Assembly: GCA_050084515.1 (NCBI GenBank) | Contig: CM114271.1 | Location: forward strand, 47,740,001 to 47,804,000 | Source of the DNA: Blasia pusilla | Lineage: Eukaryota | Length of the DNA stretch: 64,000 bases | Reading direction: 5' to 3' | In this document: positions 60,721 to 64,000 of the stretch, piece after piece | Layout of the letters: the number at the start of each line of letters is the position of its first letter | How positions within the stretch are numbered: the stretch's first letter is position 1 | Position numbers and translations under genes: made by a program | The notes under the pieces: generated by a model | The model's input: the letters and a program-made list of their open reading frames with translations, nothing else | Database searches by the model: none | What the model was told of the DNA's origin: nothing

Positions 60721-63700
60721 TGTTTGAGGATGCGACAGATCATAATTTTGCGTTGGTAAGCCCCATGCCTACGAAGACGGTTGAGGCAGTGGCTAGGGGC
60801 GAGACCCGAGGATATCGACATACCAAGGTGATCGAGAGAGACACCCTTGGACTTCTTGGGATTTTTTGCAAGTTTGCTAGGAGATGATAGCCACAACATC
60901 GAGGGTGGTTCCGAGTACTACACGTGGAGATGAGAGTTCTATTATCCGAGACGGGGTTGCACCATAGCAACCACCGACATCCGCGCCAGAGAGTCCTATT
61001 GTAGTCACGATGGAAACTTGGGAGCTAGATATGGGCCCTAAGTTAAAAGGAGGAGAGTGGCGTCAGTTCCTTAGGAGTTATAGGAGCTATTTTGGATTTA
61101 GTATGCATGATTTAGGTACGCTCAAGGGTCAAGGGATCCACATTGAGTTGTCGAGTGACACACCGATCTTCCGACAACCCTACAGGTATAGTGACATGGA
61201 GAGGGCTTTGATTCAAAGTAGGAGCCAGGACTTGGTTGGAGCAGGACTAGTGGAGATATCGTATGGAGAGTATGCATTTGCCTCTGTCATGCCTGCCAAG
61301 AAGGATGTGCATGGCAACTGGATGGATAGGCGGATGTGTGGAGATTACCGACCTATCAATTAGCAAACAAACTCTAATAGGTATGCCCACCCCTGAGGAG
61401 ATCTTTGATGCGATTGGGCATGCAAAGGTCTTCAATTCATTGGATTTGCGAGTCGAATACCATCAGCTACCTATCAGATTGGAGGACAGGAAGAAGATGG
61501 CATTTTGGGGCATTGATCCTCATGGGAAGGATTGTTTGCACCAGTGGCGGTTCTTACCAGTCGTGTTAAAGAAAGCCCCGATTGAGTTTTAGAGGGTCAT
61601 GGACGGGATCTTGGTAGGTTTGGATTTTACTAGGTGTTATATTGATGACATCGCAGTCTTTAGCGCCACGATTAAGGAGCATGAGCGACATCTAGAGGAG
61701 GTATTTCGACGATTGTAGTTACATGGGCTGAAGCTACATCTAGGCAAGTGCAAGTTCTTCTATGACCAGATTGAGTACTTGGGTCATACGATATACCCAG
61801 GGGACCTTGGTGTGCAACAGACAAAGTTAGAGGCTATTTCAAGCATTCCACACCTTACACATGTGAGTCAAGTTCGTGCATTCATGGGATTGGCGAACTT
61901 CTATCGATGGTACGTCAAGCGTTTCACTTTGATTGCGAAGCCGCTAACCTTGCTGACCAAAGTGGATCAGGAGTGGCATTGACGGGATGAGCAGGAGAGA
62001 GCATTTGAGATGCTCAAAGATAGATTGATGTCTATGCCCATATGGAGGAGACCGATCAGGGGGCATCCTTTCTAGCTGCATACGGATTGGAGCATGTTGG
62101 GGCTTGGAGCCATGCTCACCCAGCATGACGATGATGGTAGAGAGTTTGTGGTGGCTTATGCTAGTCGCTCGAACAACGCTACAGAGGTGAAGTATAGCTC
62201 GTATGAGGATGAGTGCTTGGCTACAGTGTGGGTTGTCGCACATTTCAGATGTTATCTATTCGGAAATCCCTTTACCATCATTACTGATCATCAGCCACTT
62301 AAGTGGTTGATGGAGTTGACAAGCAAACAGGGAAGCTTGCGAGGTGGGTTCTTTTGTTGTAGGAGTATGACTTCCAAGGTGGTGCATAGACCTGGGACGC
62401 TCAACCAAGATGCAGATGGTTTGATTCGTAACCCATGCCCGAGTCAACGAGATGCGATTGGAGCTTGTTGGCATGGTGAGAGTGATGAGGAGTTGGTGCC
62501 AAGATGGTATGCGTGAGCCTATTTCGGTTTGTTGGCTATGGAGAGCCAGATTTCTGAGACTTCGATGGCAAGGTCTGATGGTGAGTCCTTAGATCCAGAG
62601 GCCGGTGAGGAGACGACAGGTGGTTGAGACATTCACGACGATGGAGTGGTCTTGGAGTACCTGCATACTGGCAGCGTCGCGAGCACATTGGGTGCTAGAG
62701 AGTGGGATCGGATCCTATAGCAAGCCAGACAGTTCCGGTGGGAGGGCACATATGTGTTGCGAGTGTGGGAGGATGGTAGAGTGCGTGTAGTGCCTCATCC
62801 TTCACAGAGAGCACATTTGGTGCATCATGCCCACGAGGAGTTGGGTCATTTTGGAGTGAAGCAAACGTACAACTTGCTCCACATTCAGTATTGGTGGCGA
62901 GGCATGTAGAGTGACATTCAGCAATTTGTTGCCAGATGCATGGTGTATGATCGAGTCCGAGAATCGTTCAATGCTCTGACTCTATAGTTGCAGCCACTTC
63001 CGATCATGGGTTCACGTTATAGATGGAGTTTGGATTTTACAAGACCTTTGCCTTTGACGGAGCGCCATAGTTGCTATGTGTTGGTGATGGTCGAGCACTT
63101 CTCGAAGTGGATAGAGTTGGTTGCATTGCCTGACAAAGCGAGTGAGGGAGTAGCGTATGCCTTCCTAGATTGAGTGTTGAGTCATTATGGACCACCAATT
63201 GAGGTGTAGACAGACCAGGGTACAGAGTTCCGCGAGGAGTTTTAGGCCTTGTGTGATCAAACAGTGATTGACCACCGCACTACTTCGCGAGATCATCCTA
63301 AGGCGGATGGACTAGCGGAGCGGGTTGTGCACACGATAAAGGAGGACTATGCAAGTATGGCTTGTAGAGAGGTCACTTAGGAGATTGGGACCTTCAGTTG
63401 CCGTGGTTGGCGATGGGATACAGATTGAGAAGGCACGCATCCTTAGCGTCTTTCTCACCGTACTTGTTGCTTTATGGCCAAGACCCAGATTTACCTACGG
63501 CTATTCCTTGAGATGTTGGTGAGGTGTTGAACCTTCATGAGCCTGATGTATGGATGCGAGCATTTTCTCAGAGGGCTGAGTTATTTTGGAGAGTGATGCC
63601 CATGGCGTTTGAGAACTTGGCGATTAAGCAACATTGGGATACGTTGAGGTATGCGACTATTCGAGCCGGTGATTATCGACCTACTATCCGGAGATTTCAT

Positions 63701-63928
63701 CAAGGAGACTATGTCTACTAGCAGTAGACGGCACCCATGACATTGGATGTGACTGCAGGGCGCACCATCTTGAGAGTGCGTGAGGTTTTGCCATCCAGTG
63801 TTCTCTTATTGGAGGGACGCGATGGTATGGTTTGGAAGGACCATGTGCGTAACTCTGCGCCACGTCATCTTCCGAACATTAACGGTATAGTTGATCCAAG
63901 CTTAGCAATAGTTCCTGCACGCTTGCGG

Positions 63929-64000
63929 TGTATGTTGTGCGGTTCCGCCCGTGGTGCACTCACTATGCTAGTCTGTGATGGGTGTTCGAGAGGATGGCAT
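63929..64000 (+). other. PHD finger (N-terminal half) at the integrase C-terminus
   Basis: CMLCGSARGALTMLVCDGCSRGWH. The remainder is visible in copy 1 (WHMSYLTPPLDVVP..W*.C..C at ~40125-40200). Confidence 0.85.

Larger units (their letters stand above)
55450..64000 (+). mobile_element. Ty3/gypsy retrotransposon with a DNMT3-like domain and PHD finger (family D, copy 2); runs off the window; LTR not defined
   Basis: gag (FQRRPGESLREAYTHLRRL; knuckle CWSCGGAHHQRDC), protease ALLDSGAQ (58702-59337), DNMT (59760-60720), RT RRMCGDYRPIN and YIDDI, RNase H LHTDWS..AYASRS, integrase WSLDF..VEHFSKW, PHD from 63929. Confidence 0.88.

Overview
Eukaryotic nuclear DNA from a plant, probably a non-seed land plant such as a bryophyte (inferred from the gene and transposon types). 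Positions 1-8.4 kb hold host genes: the 3' part of a spliced NDB1-type external mitochondrial NAD(P)H dehydrogenase with an EF-hand, and a weakly supported orphan gene on the minus strand. From about 9 kb onward the window is a nested transposon cluster. It contains (i) a chromovirus Ty3/gypsy element (10.6-19.6 kb, minus) with a 2.2-kb solo LTR inserted in its protease; (ii) a ~19.3-kb DNA transposon with long inverted arms, carrying a Mutator-like transposase, a divergently oriented gene with a ParB-like domain and beta-class N4/N6 DNA-methyltransferase-like motifs, a CACTA transposase fragment, and dozens of ~27-bp palindromes; (iii) two decayed, head-to-head Ty3/gypsy elements whose pol carries a DNMT3-like C5 cytosine methyltransferase between protease and RT and a PHD finger after integrase; (iv) three insertions of another LTR family (one full length, two solo LTRs), all at the 4-bp target ACGG. 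The main candidates for undescribed biology are the two kinds of methyltransferase-carrying transposon and the sequence-specific LTR family. Domain calls come from motif recognition by eye and have not been checked by database search.
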